Assembly: GCF_011386835.1 (NCBI RefSeq) | Contig: NC_088794.1 | Location: 142,910,001-142,974,000, forward strand | DNA: 64,000 nucleotides | Source of the DNA: Chrysemys picta bellii | Lineage: Eukaryota | Direction of reading: 5' to 3' | Notes under the pieces: generated by a model | Databases searched by the model: none | What the model was told of the DNA's origin: nothing | The model's input: only the letters and a program-made list of their open reading frames with translations | Position numbers and translations under genes: made by a program | Part shown: positions 61,390 to 64,000 of the stretch, piece by piece | Layout of the letters: each line of letters opens with the position of its first letter | Numbering within the stretch: the stretch's first letter is position 1

Positions 61390-61690
61390 GGCTAACTGAA
61401 GAGAAGTGTTCAAGATTCGTCAGTCCTTTAGGTGTAAAAGGACATGGATTCTATCCTCTTTGAGAACTGGTGTCTATTGTTGCCATCAGGGTGAACATTT
61501 TGGCAGTAATTCTTGATTGAATAGGTAATGGCCTGAACTGATTATAACTTTGAATGAAAGAGATGACAGGGTGAAACTCTGGCTCTTGTTGGGTATCTGG
61601 AGGTAGGCATCTTTGATAGCCACCATAGTCATCAGTCCCATTGGAATCAATCAAAATGTTGCTTGAGCAAAAATTGAGTAAGGAGTTTAG
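61390..61690 (-). mobile_element. DIRS-type RT fragment
   Basis: Frameshifted AIKDAYLQIP and YNQFRPLP...AKMFTLMA. Confidence 0.6.
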
Positions 61691-61962
61691 AATTTGCCCA
61701 GTACTAGCAGTGGAATAACTATATTCACTCTCTTCTAAACTTCTCTACATGGATACTTATTGTGTGGTAAGCCAAGCTGTAAATCAAATTGCTCTACCCC
61801 GCTGAGCACTGACTGGCCGTGTGAACCCTGCTGCTGTGCACTAAAAGTTCTGTAGTGCTCTTTGACATACAGCTATTTGAAACAGGAGTATGTCAAAGCA
61901 CACTATGGAATTTTTAGTGCAAAATTTTAGTGTGTCGCAGGCTAGTGTGCTGTACGTGTACT

Positions 61963-62141
61963 TAACCATTGGATAATCTACCAAGGGTCATGGTGGATTC
62001 TCCATCAATGACAATTTTAAAATCAATATTGGATATTGGAAGATATTTGTTATTTTGAGGAAGTTCAATAGGCTGAATTATACAGGAAGTCAGACTAGAT
62101 GATCACAATGGTCCTTTCTGGCATTGGAATCTATGAATCTA
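61963..62141 (+). mobile_element. CR1 3' end fragment
   Basis: ggtggattctcc...ggtcctttctggcattggaatctatgaatct. Confidence 0.75.
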
Positions 62142-62289
62142 TTCACACACCAGCTTGCCGCAAACTAAGTAGACAAGACCTCTGACAGTAGTTCTGAGTG
62201 CTAATGTGCAAGGGGAGAAGGATACTCACTGAATTTGTGTAGCATTTTTCTGTGAACTAGCGTTCAGTGTGGACATTCTGGGAGTCCAA

Positions 62290-63144
62290 TCTCTTAGAAT
62301 TCTTTGAGGGTGTCAACAATCATGTGGACAAGGGTGATCCAGTTGATACAGTATGCTTGGACTTTTAGAAAGTCTTTGACAAGGTCCCTCACCAAAGGCT
62401 TCTAAGAAAAGTAAGCAGTCATGGGATAAGAGGGAAGGTCCTCTCATGGATCAGTAACTGGTTAGAAGATAGGAAACAAAGGATAGGAACTAAGTTCCTG
62501 TGAATACTGCGTACAGATGTGGTCTCCTCATCTCAAAAATTATATACTGGCATTAGAAAAAGTTCAGAGAAGGGCAACTAAAATGATTAGGAGTTTGGAA
62601 CAGGTCCCATATGAGGAGAGATTAAAGAGGCTAGGACTTTTCAGCTTGGAAAAGAGGACACTAAGGAGGGATATGATAGAAGTATATAAAATCATGAGTG
62701 GTGTGGAGAAGGTGAATAAGGAAAAGTTATTTACTTGTTCACATAATATAAGAACTAGGGGCCACCAAATGAAATTAATGGACAGCAGGTTTAAAACAAA
62801 AAATGGAAGTTCTTCTTCACACAGCGCACAGTCAACCTGTGGAACTCCTTGCCTGAGGAAGTTGTGAAGGCTAGGACTATAACAGGGTTTAAAAGAGAAC
62901 TAGATAAATTCATGGAGGTTAAGTCCATTAATGGCTATTAGCCAGGATGGGTAAGGAATGGTGTCCCTAGCCTCTGTTTGTCAGAGGGTGGATGGCAGGA
63001 GAGAGATCACTTGATCATTACCTGTTAGGTTCACTTCCTCTGGGGCACCTGGCATTGGCCATTGTCGGTAGACAGGATACTGGGCTGGATGGACCTTTGG
63101 TCTGACCCGGTATGGCCATTCTTATTTTCTTATGTGTTCTTATG
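62290..63144 (+). mobile_element. CR1 LINE fragment with an internal deletion
   Basis: RT segment LEFFEGVN..DKGDPVD..FDKVPHQRLL joined to the ORF2 C-terminus and a TTCTTATG tail. Confidence 0.9.
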
Positions 63145-64000
63145 ACCTGGGCTGTTCAACTTATTCATAAATGAGCTGGAGAAGGGCTGAGCAGTGAGGG
63201 GGCAAAATTTGCAGATGATACAAAATTACCCAAGATAGTGAAGTCCAAAGCTGACTGTGAAGAGTTACAAAGGTATCTCACTGGGTGACTAGACAACAAA
63301 ATGGCAGATGAAATTCAATGGTGATAAGTGCAAAGTAATGCACATTGGTAAACATAATCCCAGCTATACATACAAAATGATGGGATGTAAATTAATTTAT
63401 CCCAATCAAAGAGATTTTGGAGTCATTGTGGATAGTGCTTTGAAAATTTCGGTTCAGTGTGCAGTGGCAGTCAAAAAAGCTAACAATGTTAGGAACCATT
63501 AGGAAAGGGATAGATAATAAAACAGAAATATCATATTGCCACTATATAAATCCATGGTATGGTCACACCTTGAATACTGTGTGCAGTTCTGGTCGCCCCA
63601 TCTCAAAAAAGATATGTTAGAATTGGAAAAGGTATAGAGAAGGACAACAAAAATTATTAGGGGTATGGAACAGCTTCCCATACCTGGCGAGATTAAGAAG
63701 ACTTGGACTGTTCAGTTTAGAAAAGAGATGACTAAGCGGGGATATGATAGAGGTCTATAAAATCATGGATGGTTTGGAGAAAGTGAATAAGGAAGTGTTA
63801 TTTACCCCTTCACATAGCACATGAACTAGGGGTCACTTAATGAAATTAATAGGCAGCGGGTTTAAAACAAAGATAAGGAAGTACTTCTGTGCACAACACA
63901 ATCAATCTGTGGAACTCATTGCCAGGAGATGTTGTGAAGGTAAAAACATAACTGGATTAAAAAAAGAATTAGATACATTCATGGAGGCTAGGTCCATCAA
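63145..64000 (+). mobile_element. Second CR1 LINE fragment, runs off the window
   Basis: KFADDTKL motif, [23 protein letters not shown]. Confidence 0.9.

Noticed and set aside
57000-64000. Exons of a divergent neighbouring gene (RTN1 in mammals, from memory)
   Set aside because: No recognisable exon; the region is mostly repeats.

Overview
Eukaryotic, repeat-rich vertebrate DNA, almost certainly from a turtle (tortoise-type tRNA-derived PolIII/SINEs, CR1, DIRS, Penelope-like and hAT/Harbinger families). The window holds the 5' ~80% of one gene on the minus strand, LRRC9. I traced a GC-rich promoter with an RFX X-box, a non-coding exon 1 (donor at 56297) and 25 coding exons (52782 down to 3630). 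They total 3623 nt (1207 codons + 2 nt), all have GT-AG boundaries, and the phases join into one open frame. The remaining 3' exons were not found and probably lie left of position 1. Nearly all other ORFs in the track are transposon relics or GC-rich tandem repeats. The most striking non-genic pattern is a set of six fold-back insertions derived from Penelope-like element LTRs. Each carries hammerhead-ribozyme sequence, is flanked by an 11-13 bp target-site duplication, and has the same tail-out architecture; the arm junctions cluster at the ribozyme. Also present: four DIRS relics (two with recognisable inverted terminal/ICR structure), a three-level nested insertion, a uORF overlapping the LRRC9 start codon, and two G-rich minisatellites bracketing exon 1. 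Family names come from motif recognition and memory, not database searches; repeat boundaries without a TSD are approximate.
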